Below, one piece after another: positions 39,999 to 50,055 of a stretch of 53,805 nt of DNA. Position 1 is the first letter of the stretch. Each line of letters opens with the position of its first letter. The DNA is taken from NCBI GenBank assembly GCA_028823885.1, contig JAPPFK010000081.1, positions 9,078 through 62,882 of the forward strand. Direction: 5' to 3'. The DNA comes from Rhodospirillales bacterium. GTDB taxonomy: Bacteria; Pseudomonadota; Alphaproteobacteria; Rhodospirillales; UBA2165. Position numbers and translations under genes: made by a program. Under the pieces are notes generated by a model. That model made no database searches, had not been told where the DNA came from, and saw only the letters and a list, made by a program, of their open reading frames with translations.

Positions 39999-41114
39999 AT
40001 GAGGACCGGTTTGATTTGGGACGAGCGGTGCATGTGGCACGACACGGGGCTTTATTTCGGGCCCCATGAGGGCAGTTCCTGGGTGGAGCCAATTCAAAGC
40101 CCGGAAAACGCCGACGGGAAACGCCGCATCAAGAACCTGATTGACCGCTCCGGGCTCGGGTCCCGCCTCGCGGCTGTGGAATGTACCGCGGCTTCGGTGG
40201 ACGACATCCTCCTGGTCCATACGCCGGAGTATCTGGCCGAGGTCCAGCGCGTAAGCGATTCCGGGGGCGGCAACCTCGCCCGGCGAACGGGAACGACCCG
40301 CCTCGGCAGTCAGGGGATCGAGATTGCCCTGCTCGCCGCCGGAGGCGCCCTCGCGGCCGTCCGCTCGGTTCTCGAAGGCGAGGTGGAAAATGCCTACGCT
40401 CTGATCCGGCCGCCGGGACATCATGCGGAGCCCGGCGAGGCGCTCGGCTTCTGTATCTTCGCCAACGCGGCCATCGCCGGCCTCCATGCCTTGGAGACGG
40501 GCGGATTGGAACGCATCGCGTTCGTCGATTGGGACGTCCATCACGGCAACGGGACCCAGGCGGTCTTTTGGGAGGACCCAAGGGCGCTGACCATCTCCCT
40601 TCACCAGGAAGACTGCTACCCGCCGGAATCGGGCGGCGTCGACGAGACCGGCGCCGGGGACGGCGCAGGCACCAATCTGAATATTCCCTTGCCGCCCGGA
40701 TGCGGCGAGGCGGCTTATCTGGCGGCTTTCGATCGGGTGGTGCTTCCGGCGCTCGCCCGCTACCGGCCCCAGCTGATTGTCGTGCCGAGCGGATTTGACG
40801 CCGGCTTTCATGATCCGTTGGGCCGCATGATGCTCACCAGCCATAGCTTCCGCAAACTCGCCCGCCGCATCATGGGCGCCGCGGATGAACTATGTGGCGG
40901 GAAGCTCGTCATGACGCACGAAGGCGGCTATTCGCCGCACACCGTGCCCTTCCATTGTCTCGCCGTTCTGGAGGAAATGGCCGGGTTTCGGACCGATGTG
41001 ATCGACCCCTATTCGCCGCCCGATACGGAGGAACCCGGCGAGGTGCCGGCTCATCAGGCCGAAGCGGTCGGCCGCGCGGCCGGCCTGGTCGAACGGATTC
41101 CCCTGCCGGGCTAG
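39999..41114 (+). CDS. Class II histone-deacetylase-like amidohydrolase (HDAH type)
   Basis: RPPGHHA, GFC, DWDVHHGNGTQ, GFDA..DPLG, HEGGY are all intact. Confidence 0.93.
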   Translation: MRTGLIWDERCMWHDTGLYFGPHEGSSWVEPIQSPENADGKRRIKNLIDRSGLGSRLAAVECTAASVDDILLVHTPEYLAEVQRVSDSGGGNLARRTGTTRLGSQGIEIALLAAGGALAAVRSVLEGEVENAYALIRPPGHHAEPGEALGFCIFANAAIAGLHALETGGLERIAFVDWDVHHGNGTQAVFWEDPRALTISLHQEDCYPPESGGVDETGAGDGAGTNLNIPLPPGCGEAAYLAAFDRVVLPALARYRPQLIVVPSGFDAGFHDPLGRMMLTSHSFRKLARRIMGAADELCGGKLVMTHEGGYSPHTVPFHCLAVLEEMAGFRTDVIDPYSPPDTEEPGEVPAHQAEAVGRAAGLVERIPLPG

Positions 41115-42262
41115 CGTTTGTGGGGCTCGCTGCCGAAAATGATCGTTCCGGCGACCGAGAACATGCCGCCGACCCCGTGGGCAACCGAGATATTCGCACC
41201 GGGAACCTGAGCCGGCGCGATACCGCGAACCTGCCGGACGCTCTCCTGAAGGGCGTACATGCCGTACATCCCCGAATGCATGTAGCTCAGGCCGCCGCCG
41301 TTGGTATTCATGGGCAAACCGCCGCCGGGCGCCGTGTTGCGGTCCCGGACAAAGGCGGCCGCCTCGCCGGGCTTGCAGAAGCCCAAATCCTCCAGCCCAT
41401 AAAGGGGAACGTGGGCGAAAGCGTCGTAAATCATCAGATGGTCAACGTCGCCGCGGGAAATCCCGGCCTCGGAAAAGGCGCGCTCTCCGGACAACCGAAA
41501 GGCTTTCGACGACGTGAAATCGTCAAGCTGGCTGACCATGGGGCCTTCGGCGGCTTCGCCGGTTCCCAGAATATAGACCGGCGGCTGTGGAAAATCCCCG
41601 GCTCGGTCGGATGACGTCAGGATCAGCGCGCCGCCGCCATCGGTTCTCAGGCAGCACATCAAAAGCGTGAACGGGTAGGCGATCATGCGGGAGTTCATCA
41701 CGTCGTCGACGGTGATCGGGTCCTTGAAGGTGGCCCGCGGATTCATCGCGGCCCATTCCCGCTGAACCACGGAAACCGGAGCCATGTCTTCCGGCTTCAA
41801 ACCATAGGTCTCCAAATAACGGAGGACGGGGATGGTGAACATGGTCGGCGGGAGGCTGCCTCCATAGGGCACTTCGAACTGGCCGGCGAGCTTGCCGCCG
41901 ATAAACTCCGGGAAGCCCTTGGCCTCGACCCGGGACTTGCCGCTTTCGCCGTGGGTGATCAAAACGGTCGTGCACAAACCGGCTTCGATGGCGGCCATGG
42001 CGTGCCTGACGTGAAGCATGAACGAACTGCCGCCGATGAGCGTGCCGTCCAGCCAGGCGGGGGTGATGCCGAGATACTGGGCGAGGACATCGGGCGCCTC
42101 GCCCGCCGATGCGATGCCGTCGATGTCCGCGGCGGCGAGGCCCGCGTCCGCCATCGCATTCAAGGCGGCGTCAGCGTGCAACTGAAGTTCCGACGTTTCC
42201 GGGATAACTCCCATGTCCGTCGTTTCCGCCGCGCCGACCACGGCCACCGTTCCGCGCGCCAT
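41111..42262 (-). CDS. Thiolase-fold protein (SCP-x/Ltp2-like, no catalytic Cys)
   Basis: GGSSF at the usual Cys position, CCLRTDGGGA, IYDAF, NTNGGGLSYMH. Confidence 0.88.
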   Translation of the reverse strand: MARGTVAVVGAAETTDMGVIPETSELQLHADAALNAMADAGLAAADIDGIASAGEAPDVLAQYLGITPAWLDGTLIGGSSFMLHVRHAMAAIEAGLCTTVLITHGESGKSRVEAKGFPEFIGGKLAGQFEVPYGGSLPPTMFTIPVLRYLETYGLKPEDMAPVSVVQREWAAMNPRATFKDPITVDDVMNSRMIAYPFTLLMCCLRTDGGGALILTSSDRAGDFPQPPVYILGTGEAAEGPMVSQLDDFTSSKAFRLSGERAFSEAGISRGDVDHLMIYDAFAHVPLYGLEDLGFCKPGEAAAFVRDRNTAPGGGLPMNTNGGGLSYMHSGMYGMYALQESVRQVRGIAPAQVPGANISVAHGVGGMFSVAGTIIFGSEPHKR

Positions 42263-42266
42263 GGCG

Positions 42267-42677
42267 TCACACTGCCGGTCTAAAGAACGGGAGGGTGATC
42301 TCGTCCGTCTGAGCCTCGAAGACCGCCTCGAGGGGCATGTCGAGCGTCAGCGCTTCCGGTGTCTGCTCGCAGCCGATGACGTTCGTCATCATCCGGGGAC
42401 CTTCCTCCAGGGTCACGACGGCCACGGAATAGGGAGGTTCCAGGCCCGGCGCGGGAATATGGCTGATGACATAGCTGTAAAGGGTCGCCTTTCCGCTCGC
42501 CGCGAACACCGAGACGTTTCGGCTGCTGCACTTTGGGCAGAACGGACGAGGCGGAAAATAGGCGGTGCCGCAATCGCCGCACCTCTGAAGGCGAAGCTCG
42601 CCAGCCTGCGCGCCCTCCCAGAAATGCCGCGTTTCAGGTGTCGGACGGGGCAGTAAACGCTGCGTCTGATCGGCCAT
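42267..42677 (-). CDS. DUF35 Zn-ribbon/OB-fold protein (ChsH2 C-terminal-like)
   Basis: FWEG...LQRCGDCG..YFPPRPFCPKC, LYSY, LEEGPRMMTN. Confidence 0.93.
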   Translation of the reverse strand: MADQTQRLLPRPTPETRHFWEGAQAGELRLQRCGDCGTAYFPPRPFCPKCSSRNVSVFAASGKATLYSYVISHIPAPGLEPPYSVAVVTLEEGPRMMTNVIGCEQTPEALTLDMPLEAVFEAQTDEITLPFFRPAV

Positions 42678-42784
42678 CCCGGCTCCTCAAAAAAAACAAT
42701 AAATTAATTTCTCAATTAATTATTTAATTTGAAGAATACGTCTAATTTCGCCTATTGTCTACAAGCCGATTGATATGATAGCGT

Positions 42785-42816
42785 TGTTAATTGATTGAAC
42801 AAACAATAAATTAACA
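42785..42816. promoter_or_regulatory. 13-6-13 inverted repeat in an AT-rich divergent promoter (candidate TetR operator)
   Basis: TGTTAATTGATTG-aacaaa-CAATAAATTAACA (1 mismatch); AAACAATAAATTAA repeated at 42694-42707. Confidence 0.65.
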
Positions 42817-42846
42817 TGTTCCCTTGAACGGACAAGGTGACTGGAG

Positions 42847-44454
42847 ATGAGCGTTGCGCGGCCGAACATCCTGTTCATCATTACCGATCAGCAGCGGGCC
42901 GACCACCTGAGCTGCGCCGGAAATCAGGTTCTGAAGACCCCTTATCTGGATTCCCTCGCCGGCCGGGGGCGGCGATTTGAAAACTTCTACGTCAATTCCG
43001 GCATTTGCCAGACCAACCGGGCGACCATCATGACCGGACAAACGGTGACCCAGCACGGCGTCCGGGTAAACGGCATTCCGATCTCCCTGGACTCGGTTTG
43101 TTACACGCATCTTTTGCGGGCCGGCGGCTATCGGACCGCCCTTTTCGGCAAGGCCCATTTCCAAAACATGACCACGGAACGGCCCAGTTTCCGGCAAGCT
43201 TCGGAGGATCTCGATCCGCCGCCGGAAGAACTGCGCGATTCCCGCACTCGAATTCGCTCCGGACCGGAATATGACCGTGAACTGAACTTTCAATACTCCC
43301 GCGACCCGGAAGCCGACGAACGGGAAGGCGACTATTACGGCTTCGAACGGTTCCGCGTCTGCACCTGGCATGGCGATGACGTGCAGGGCCATTACACCCA
43401 TTGGCTCCGGGAGCGTTTTCCGGACGAGGCCGACAACCGCTCAAGCGTCAATCCGGAGCCGGACCCGCGCTACAATGCGCCTCAGGCACGGAAGCCCCGT
43501 ATGCCGGAGGAACTGTATCCCACCAACTATGTCGCCGAGATGACCCTCGAGTATCTCGAGGAATACGCCCGTAGCGATCGGGAAAAGCCGTTTTTCATCC
43601 AGTGCAGCTTCCCCGACCCCCATCATCCGTTCACGCCGCCCGGCAAGTATTGGGACATGTACGATCCGGCGGATATCGAATTGCCGGCCTCCTTCTATCA
43701 TCGGCCCCATGACCAGACGCCCATTCTGGCGCGCATGCACCAGGAGCTGGCGGACGGCACCGCAAACCGGGAATGGGTGCGGCCCTATGCCGTGACCGAG
43801 GACGAGGCAAGGCAGATCACCGCTCTCACCTACGGCATGGTCTCGTTCATCGACGACAGTGTCGGGCGGATATTGGCCAAACTGAAAGAGCATGGCCTCG
43901 ATAAGAACACGGTCGTCATCGTCACCAGCGATCACGGTGATTGGATGGGCGATCACGGCCTCATGCAAAAGGCGCTTCTCCACTACCAGGGACTCATCAA
44001 GGTTCCCTTTATCTGGATGGAACCCGGCGACGAGTCGCCGGGCCGAATAGAGAGCGAGATCGGCTGCTCGCAGGATATTCCGAATACCATTCTGGCGCGG
44101 GCCGGATTGGCGCCGTCCGCGGGCATGCTGGGTGAAGACCTGACCAGGATCATGTTTGGCGGCGAGGCATCGAGGCGGGACGGTGTCGTTGTCGAGCAGG
44201 CGACCTCTCTGCCCCTTCCGGGGCGGGATCTGCCGATGCGCGTGAAGACTTATGTCGATCACGATTGGCGGCTTTCGTATTACGCCGGAGAGGAGTGGGG
44301 CGAATTGTACGATCTCAAGAACGACCCCGGAGAGATCGTCAATCTTTGGGCCTCCGAAGATCACAGGGTTACCCGGCTGGAACTGATGGAGCGGATGCTG
44401 AAGAACCTGATCCACTATGAATCCCGGACCCCTCTCCAGGTCATGACCGGCTGA
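42847..44454 (+). CDS. Cytoplasmic formylglycine-type sulfatase-family hydrolase
   Basis: PNILFIITDQQR, CQTNRATIMTG, GYRTALFGKAH, SFPDPHHPF, SDHGD, ELYDL.NDP.E..NL; no signal peptide. Confidence 0.92.
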   Translation: MSVARPNILFIITDQQRADHLSCAGNQVLKTPYLDSLAGRGRRFENFYVNSGICQTNRATIMTGQTVTQHGVRVNGIPISLDSVCYTHLLRAGGYRTALFGKAHFQNMTTERPSFRQASEDLDPPPEELRDSRTRIRSGPEYDRELNFQYSRDPEADEREGDYYGFERFRVCTWHGDDVQGHYTHWLRERFPDEADNRSSVNPEPDPRYNAPQARKPRMPEELYPTNYVAEMTLEYLEEYARSDREKPFFIQCSFPDPHHPFTPPGKYWDMYDPADIELPASFYHRPHDQTPILARMHQELADGTANREWVRPYAVTEDEARQITALTYGMVSFIDDSVGRILAKLKEHGLDKNTVVIVTSDHGDWMGDHGLMQKALLHYQGLIKVPFIWMEPGDESPGRIESEIGCSQDIPNTILARAGLAPSAGMLGEDLTRIMFGGEASRRDGVVVEQATSLPLPGRDLPMRVKTYVDHDWRLSYYAGEEWGELYDLKNDPGEIVNLWASEDHRVTRLELMERMLKNLIHYESRTPLQVMTG

Positions 44455-44459
44455 GACTT

Positions 44460-45191
44460 ATGGATTCCGCAATCGACACCCTTGAATCGACTCCGGGCCG
44501 AAAATCCGGGAATGGCGGCCGCCGCGCGCGCCGGGGACGCCCGTCATTGGCGGAAATCGCGAGCCGCGAGAGTTCCCGGAAGCTTTTGCTCGAATCGGCG
44601 ATCGATGCCTTCGCCAGGCACGGATACGACGCCGTCACAACGGGGCTGATTGCCAGGAACGCCGGCATGGCTCAATCCATGGTCCACTATCACTTCAAGA
44701 CCAAGGAACAAATCTGGAAGGCGGCGATCGAACAACTGATGCGCAATTTGGGCGAGCGCTTTCCCTTGGCGAATGACGAGTTGAAGGATCTGGACCCCGT
44801 CAACCGGCTCAAGGTGCTGGTCCGCCGGTTCGTGAGGATGAGCGCGTCGGATGTCAGTCTCAGCCGGATCATGGTTCATGAAGGAACGACCGCGGGTCCC
44901 AGACTGATCTGGCTCGCCGAGAAGTTTCTCAAAGCCGGGTTCGAACCGTTCGACGAGACGGTGGCGGAAGGGGTTCGAGCAGGTCAATTGAAGGACCTCC
45001 CGGTTTACGCCGTAACGCACACGATTATTTCGGCCGCCGCCATGACCTATTGCCTGGCGCCGGTCGTCGAGGCCACCCACGGCGTCGATCTCACCGGCGG
45101 CGAGGCAGCCGAAGACCTGGCCGACTCGGTTCTGACCATTCTGTTTGACGGCCTTCTCGCCGGGCCGAACGAACAAGGGGCCGGCCGGTAA
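44460..45191 (+). CDS. TetR/AcrR family transcriptional regulator
   Basis: LLESAIDAFARHGYDAVTTGLIARNAGMAQSMVHYHFKTKEQIW HTH. Confidence 0.95.
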   Translation: MDSAIDTLESTPGRKSGNGGRRARRGRPSLAEIASRESSRKLLLESAIDAFARHGYDAVTTGLIARNAGMAQSMVHYHFKTKEQIWKAAIEQLMRNLGERFPLANDELKDLDPVNRLKVLVRRFVRMSASDVSLSRIMVHEGTTAGPRLIWLAEKFLKAGFEPFDETVAEGVRAGQLKDLPVYAVTHTIISAAAMTYCLAPVVEATHGVDLTGGEAAEDLADSVLTILFDGLLAGPNEQGAGR

Positions 45192-46715
45192 ATGTTTGCA
45201 CAAGCCTTGGCCCGAACAGCCCGGATATACGGCACGCGGACGGCGGTGGTAAGCGAGGCCGGACGGCTGACCTGGCAGGAATTGGCCGGACGGATCGGTT
45301 CGGTTGCCGCGGGATTGCGGGAACTTGGATTGCAGCCCGCGGACAGGATCGCCGTTGTGGCCGGCAATTCTCCGGAACATCTCGTCATGATGTATGCCGT
45401 GGCGTGGGCGGGGTTTGTTCACGTTCCGCTGAACACCCGCTTGGCCATAGCGGAAATGAAGCAGATAGCGGATGAAGCCGAGGTCTCGGCGATTGCCGCC
45501 GACGGGGAGAACAAGGACGCGCTCGCCGCCCTCTCCGGCGCCGCTGCCAAATCCCCGGTCCTCATCGATCTCGATGGCGGAACCGGCCAAGGACATGGGC
45601 TTGACGCACTCGCCCGAAATGACGGCATGGAGCCGTGGAAAGCGGAGATGTGGGATCTCGCCGCCCTCTACTACACCGGGGGCACCACCGGCCGGCCGAA
45701 GGGCGTCATGATCAGCGACGGCGCATTGACGGTTCAAACCCTGAATTTGGTTAACGATCTCAACATCTCGTCCGAGACGGTTTACATCCATGCGCCGCCT
45801 ATTTTTCACCTCGCGGGCGCCGGGGTGACTCACGCCTGCGCCTTCGCCGGCGCCATGCAGATTTTCCCGGCGGAGCTGTCTCCGGCCGAATTCCTGCAAA
45901 CGGTCGCGCATCATGACGTGACCCTTGTCAGCCTGATCCCGACCATGCTGGCCGGGATGATGGAGGCTCCCGATGTCAGCGACGCCTTCAAGGCCGTACG
46001 CACTATCGTTTACGGCGCCGCGCCGATCTCCGAGGTTCTCCTCAGAAAAGTGATGGACCGGTGCCCTGAGGTGGATCTGGTCCAAATCTACGGCCAAACG
46101 GAATGTACGGGTCCTTGCCTCATATTGCCGCCGGAGCGTCATACCCTGTCCGGTCCGCTGGCGGGAAAGCTGAATACGGCCGGCCGGGCCAATATGACGA
46201 GCGAAGTCCGTATCGTGGATGAGAGCGGGCGACCCGCTCCACCGGGGGCGGCCGGGGAGATTTTGATCAGAGGGCCGTCCGTCATGCTGGGCTATTGGAA
46301 ACAGCCGGAGGCTACCGAACAAACATTGAAGGATGGCTGGCTCCACACCGGCGATGTGGGCGTTATGGATGAAGATGGGTTTGTGCGCATCGCCGACCGG
46401 TTGAAGGACATGATTGTCAGTGGGGGCGAGAACGTATTCTGCGGTGAAGTCGAAAATGCCGTTGCCGAACATCCCGAAGTGATCGCCTGCGCCGTCATCG
46501 GGGTGCCGGACGAAAAATGGGGCGAGCGCGTGCACGCCGTCGTCGTGGTTGGCGATGGCGCGACCCTGTCGGAGACGTCTCTCCGCGAACACTGCAAAAG
46601 CCTCATCGCCGGCTACAAATGCCCGCGAAGCGCGACGTTCACAACCGATCCGCTGCCCTTGAGCGCGGTTGGGAAGGTCCGAAAAGACCTCCTGCGGGAT
46701 CACGCCGCCGGTTAA
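45192..46715 (+). CDS. Acyl-CoA synthetase (AMP-forming, FadD-like)
   Basis: YYTGGTTGRPKG, YGQTE, WLHTGD, DRLKDMIVSGGENV, GKV.K. Confidence 0.95.
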   Translation: MFAQALARTARIYGTRTAVVSEAGRLTWQELAGRIGSVAAGLRELGLQPADRIAVVAGNSPEHLVMMYAVAWAGFVHVPLNTRLAIAEMKQIADEAEVSAIAADGENKDALAALSGAAAKSPVLIDLDGGTGQGHGLDALARNDGMEPWKAEMWDLAALYYTGGTTGRPKGVMISDGALTVQTLNLVNDLNISSETVYIHAPPIFHLAGAGVTHACAFAGAMQIFPAELSPAEFLQTVAHHDVTLVSLIPTMLAGMMEAPDVSDAFKAVRTIVYGAAPISEVLLRKVMDRCPEVDLVQIYGQTECTGPCLILPPERHTLSGPLAGKLNTAGRANMTSEVRIVDESGRPAPPGAAGEILIRGPSVMLGYWKQPEATEQTLKDGWLHTGDVGVMDEDGFVRIADRLKDMIVSGGENVFCGEVENAVAEHPEVIACAVIGVPDEKWGERVHAVVVVGDGATLSETSLREHCKSLIAGYKCPRSATFTTDPLPLSAVGKVRKDLLRDHAAG

Positions 46716-46725
46716 GGGAGGAGAC

Positions 46726-47910
46726 ATGTTTCAGGACACCATGAGACGAAAACTGTTTTCCCAGGAACATGACATGTTCCGGGATCAGGTCCGGCGATTT
46801 GTCGAAACGGAAGTCGTGCCGTTTCTCGATGAATGGGACGAACAAGGCGTTGTTTCCCGCGGCGTATGGGAGAAGGCCGGCGCCGCCGGCATGCTCTGTC
46901 CGACCGTGCCGGAAGAATATGGCGGTGTTGGCGGCGACTACCTGTTCAGCGTCGTGGTCCTGGAGGAAATGGCCCGGGTCGGGGCGTCGGGTCCCGGTTT
47001 CAACATCCATTCGGAAATGGCGGCGCCCTATCTGGAGCGGTTCGGCAGCGAACATCAGAAAGCCCAGTGGCTGCCGAAGTTCGTCAGCGGGGAGGCTATC
47101 TCGGGGATTGCCCTGACCGAGCCGGGAGCGGGAAGCGATCTCCGCAGCATGGCGACGAGCGCCAGGAAAACCAATGCGGGCTATGTCTTGAACGGGCAGA
47201 AAGTCTTCATCTCCAACGGCCAGTTGGGAGATGTCTTCTTCGTCGCCGCGAAAACGAAAAACGAATATGCCACGGACAGCATGTCCCTGTTTTTGGTCGA
47301 AGCGGACACGCCCGGGTTCAAGCGGGGCAGGAACCTCAAGAAGATCGGCGCAAAGGCGCAGGATACGTCGGAACTGTTTTTCGACAATGTCGAAGTGCCC
47401 CATGAAAACCTCGTCGGTGAAGAGGAGGGGCAGGGATTTTTCCAATTGATGCATGGCCTCGCCCGGGAACGCCTGACCATCGCCGTCAGCAGCCTGGCCA
47501 AGTCGGAAGGGGTTTTCCGGGACACCGTCGCCTATGCCGCCGACCGGGAACTCTTCCACAAGAAACTGACCGACTTCCAAAACACCCAGTTCAAATTGGC
47601 CGAAGTCCACACGGAACTCACCGTCGGGCGGTGCCTGGTCGACCGGTTGCTGGAGGACTATCTGGACGGCGAACTGAGCGCGGACACGGCCGCAGCGGCG
47701 AAACTCTGGACCACCGAAATGCAGGGACGCACGGTCGATACCTGCCTGCAGTTGTTCGGCGGCTGGGGGTATATGTGGGAGTATCCCGTCGCCCGCGCCT
47801 ACGCGGAGGCCCGGGTCGAGCGGATTGCCGGCGGATCGTCCGAGGTCATGAAATCCATCATCAGCAAATCCCTTTTCAGGAAAATGGATATCAAGGCTGA
47901 ATTCAGCTAG
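46726..47910 (+). CDS. Acyl-CoA dehydrogenase (LCAD-type)
   Basis: ALTEPGAGSDL, NGQKVFISNG, ARERL, QLFGGWGY, RIAGGSSE; ATG after GGAGGAG. Confidence 0.95.
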   Translation: MFQDTMRRKLFSQEHDMFRDQVRRFVETEVVPFLDEWDEQGVVSRGVWEKAGAAGMLCPTVPEEYGGVGGDYLFSVVVLEEMARVGASGPGFNIHSEMAAPYLERFGSEHQKAQWLPKFVSGEAISGIALTEPGAGSDLRSMATSARKTNAGYVLNGQKVFISNGQLGDVFFVAAKTKNEYATDSMSLFLVEADTPGFKRGRNLKKIGAKAQDTSELFFDNVEVPHENLVGEEEGQGFFQLMHGLARERLTIAVSSLAKSEGVFRDTVAYAADRELFHKKLTDFQNTQFKLAEVHTELTVGRCLVDRLLEDYLDGELSADTAAAAKLWTTEMQGRTVDTCLQLFGGWGYMWEYPVARAYAEARVERIAGGSSEVMKSIISKSLFRKMDIKAEFS

Positions 47911-47924
47911 CGGAGGGGACGGCG

Positions 47925-50051
47925 ATGCCGGTCATCAAAATCGAAGATTATGGCGATGGCGTGCGCGGGATCGTGTTCGACCGTCCGGACTCCCCCCACA
48001 ACTTCATGAACAGCGAAGTCGTACGGGAACTCCATGCGGCTGTCCGGCGGCTGGCGGCGGACGATGGCGTGAAGGGTGTCGTGATCGCCTCGGCCAAGAA
48101 GTCCTTTCTGGTCGGCGGTGATTTGAAGGAGCTGCAGGCCTTGAAGACGCCCGGGGATGCCGCCGCCATCATCGCCGACGTTCAGTCCTGTATGCGGGAT
48201 ATGGAACGGGCGCCCAAACCCTTCGTCGCCGCCGTGAACGGCCTCGCGCTGGGCGGCGGTCTCGAGGTTGCGCTTGCCTGCACCTATCGGATAGCGGCGG
48301 ATGATTCGCGCCTGAAGCTCGGCCTGCCGGAGGTTTCTTTCGGCCTGATCCCGGGCGCCGGCGGCACCCAGCGGCTCCCCCGCCTCGTCGGTCTGGCGGC
48401 GGCGCTCCCGATCCTGGTCGAGGACCGGCGGGTGACGGCCGCCAAGGCTCTGGAGATCGGTCTCCTCGATCAGATCGTCCCGGCCGATGACCTTGCCGGG
48501 CAAGCCAAGGAAGCCATCCTGTCGAACACCGCGCCTCCGGATCAGCCATGGGACCGCGACGGGTTTGAGCGGCCCGGTCCGTCTCCGGCCTCTCGGGAAG
48601 GCCGGGACGTCCTGGACGCCATGTGGGCGAAAATCGGGCGCTTCAGGCCCGGTCTGGAGCCGGCCCCCCAGGCGATCATGGAAGCGGTCGAGGGAGGGTT
48701 GGCAAGGCCGTTCGAGGATGGGCTCAGGCTCGAGCGGGAGAAATTCGCCGGTGTCGCCGCGTCGAAGGTCGTCAAAAACAAGATCAGGACCTTGTTCCTC
48801 GGCCTCAATGACGCCAATGGGATGAAAGACCGGCCCGGCGACATTGCCCCCTATGACATCAAGAGCGTGGCGGTCGTCGGCGTGGGCCAGATGGGCTCGG
48901 GGATCGCCTACTGCGCCGCCGAAGCCGGGTATGACGTTTTTCTGCTGGAGGCCGACAAGGACCGGCTGGACGCCGGGGCCGCGGCGATTGCCAAACGGGT
49001 TCGGGGCGCCGTCGAGAGAAACCGCATGAAACCGGATGCCGCCGAGGCGATGCTGTCCCGCCTGAAACCGACGGCGTCGTACGACGATATCGCAGGCGTC
49101 GACATGGTGTTTGAAGCGGTCTCCGAAGTGCAATCGGTCAAGGATCGCGTGACGGCGTCGGCAAGCGCGGCTGTCGGCCCGGAGGTTCCCATCGCCAGCA
49201 ACACGTCGACGATTCCCATATCCCGTCTTGCCGGCAGCGCCGCGCGTCCGGAACGCTTCATCGGGCTGCACTTTTTCGCGCCGGTGGACCGAATGAAGCT
49301 GGTCGAGGTCATCAAGGGCGAGCAAACGGACCGGCCGACGGTTGCCCGGGCGCTCGATGCCGTTGCCGGCATGCGGAAGACGCCTATCGTCGTGAATGAC
49401 GGTTTGGGGTTCTTCACCAGCCGCGTGGTCGGGGCATATACCGGGGAGGCCTTCACCTTGCTGGCCGAAGGCCGGGCTCCCGATCTGATCGACGATGTCG
49501 CCCTCAAGGCCGGCATGCCCATCGGCCCATTGGCGATGGCGGATATCACCTCGCTCACGCTGTTGAAAGACATCGTTGCGTCGATTTCCGGCGATGGGTC
49601 GGCAACCGGCCTGAAAGGCCTGCGGCTCGCCGAGGCGCTCGAGAAACTGACGCGCGCCGGACGGACCGGCAAAGCCGGCGGCGGCATCTATGATTATGGT
49701 GAAACCGGTCCGCAACCCTGGCCCGGCCTGGCGGACTGTTTCCCGCGGGCCACCGAAGAGCTTGATCGGGAGACCATCGAGAAACGGCTCCTTTATGCTC
49801 AGTCGCTCGAGGCCGTACGGGCGATGGAGGAAGGCGTGATCGAGAACCCGATCGACGCCGACGTGGGATCGGTCCTGGGATGGGCGTTTCCGTCGGCCCA
49901 TGGCGGTGTGATCGGGCTGATCGATACGGTTGGGCCGGCCGAGTTTGTTGCGGCGTGCGACGAAATGAAAGCCCGGTTCGGCGGACGGTTCGAGGCGCCG
50001 GCGATGTTGCGGAACATGGCCCGGCGCGGTCAGCTCTTTTTCCCGGCCTAG
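47925..50051 (+). CDS. Multifunctional enoyl-CoA hydratase / 3-hydroxyacyl-CoA dehydrogenase (FadJ/FadB-like)
   Basis: [55 protein letters not shown]. Confidence 0.95.
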   Translation: MPVIKIEDYGDGVRGIVFDRPDSPHNFMNSEVVRELHAAVRRLAADDGVKGVVIASAKKSFLVGGDLKELQALKTPGDAAAIIADVQSCMRDMERAPKPFVAAVNGLALGGGLEVALACTYRIAADDSRLKLGLPEVSFGLIPGAGGTQRLPRLVGLAAALPILVEDRRVTAAKALEIGLLDQIVPADDLAGQAKEAILSNTAPPDQPWDRDGFERPGPSPASREGRDVLDAMWAKIGRFRPGLEPAPQAIMEAVEGGLARPFEDGLRLEREKFAGVAASKVVKNKIRTLFLGLNDANGMKDRPGDIAPYDIKSVAVVGVGQMGSGIAYCAAEAGYDVFLLEADKDRLDAGAAAIAKRVRGAVERNRMKPDAAEAMLSRLKPTASYDDIAGVDMVFEAVSEVQSVKDRVTASASAAVGPEVPIASNTSTIPISRLAGSAARPERFIGLHFFAPVDRMKLVEVIKGEQTDRPTVARALDAVAGMRKTPIVVNDGLGFFTSRVVGAYTGEAFTLLAEGRAPDLIDDVALKAGMPIGPLAMADITSLTLLKDIVASISGDGSATGLKGLRLAEALEKLTRAGRTGKAGGGIYDYGETGPQPWPGLADCFPRATEELDRETIEKRLLYAQSLEAVRAMEEGVIENPIDADVGSVLGWAFPSAHGGVIGLIDTVGPAEFVAACDEMKARFGGRFEAPAMLRNMARRGQLFFPA

Positions 50052-50055
50052 CACC

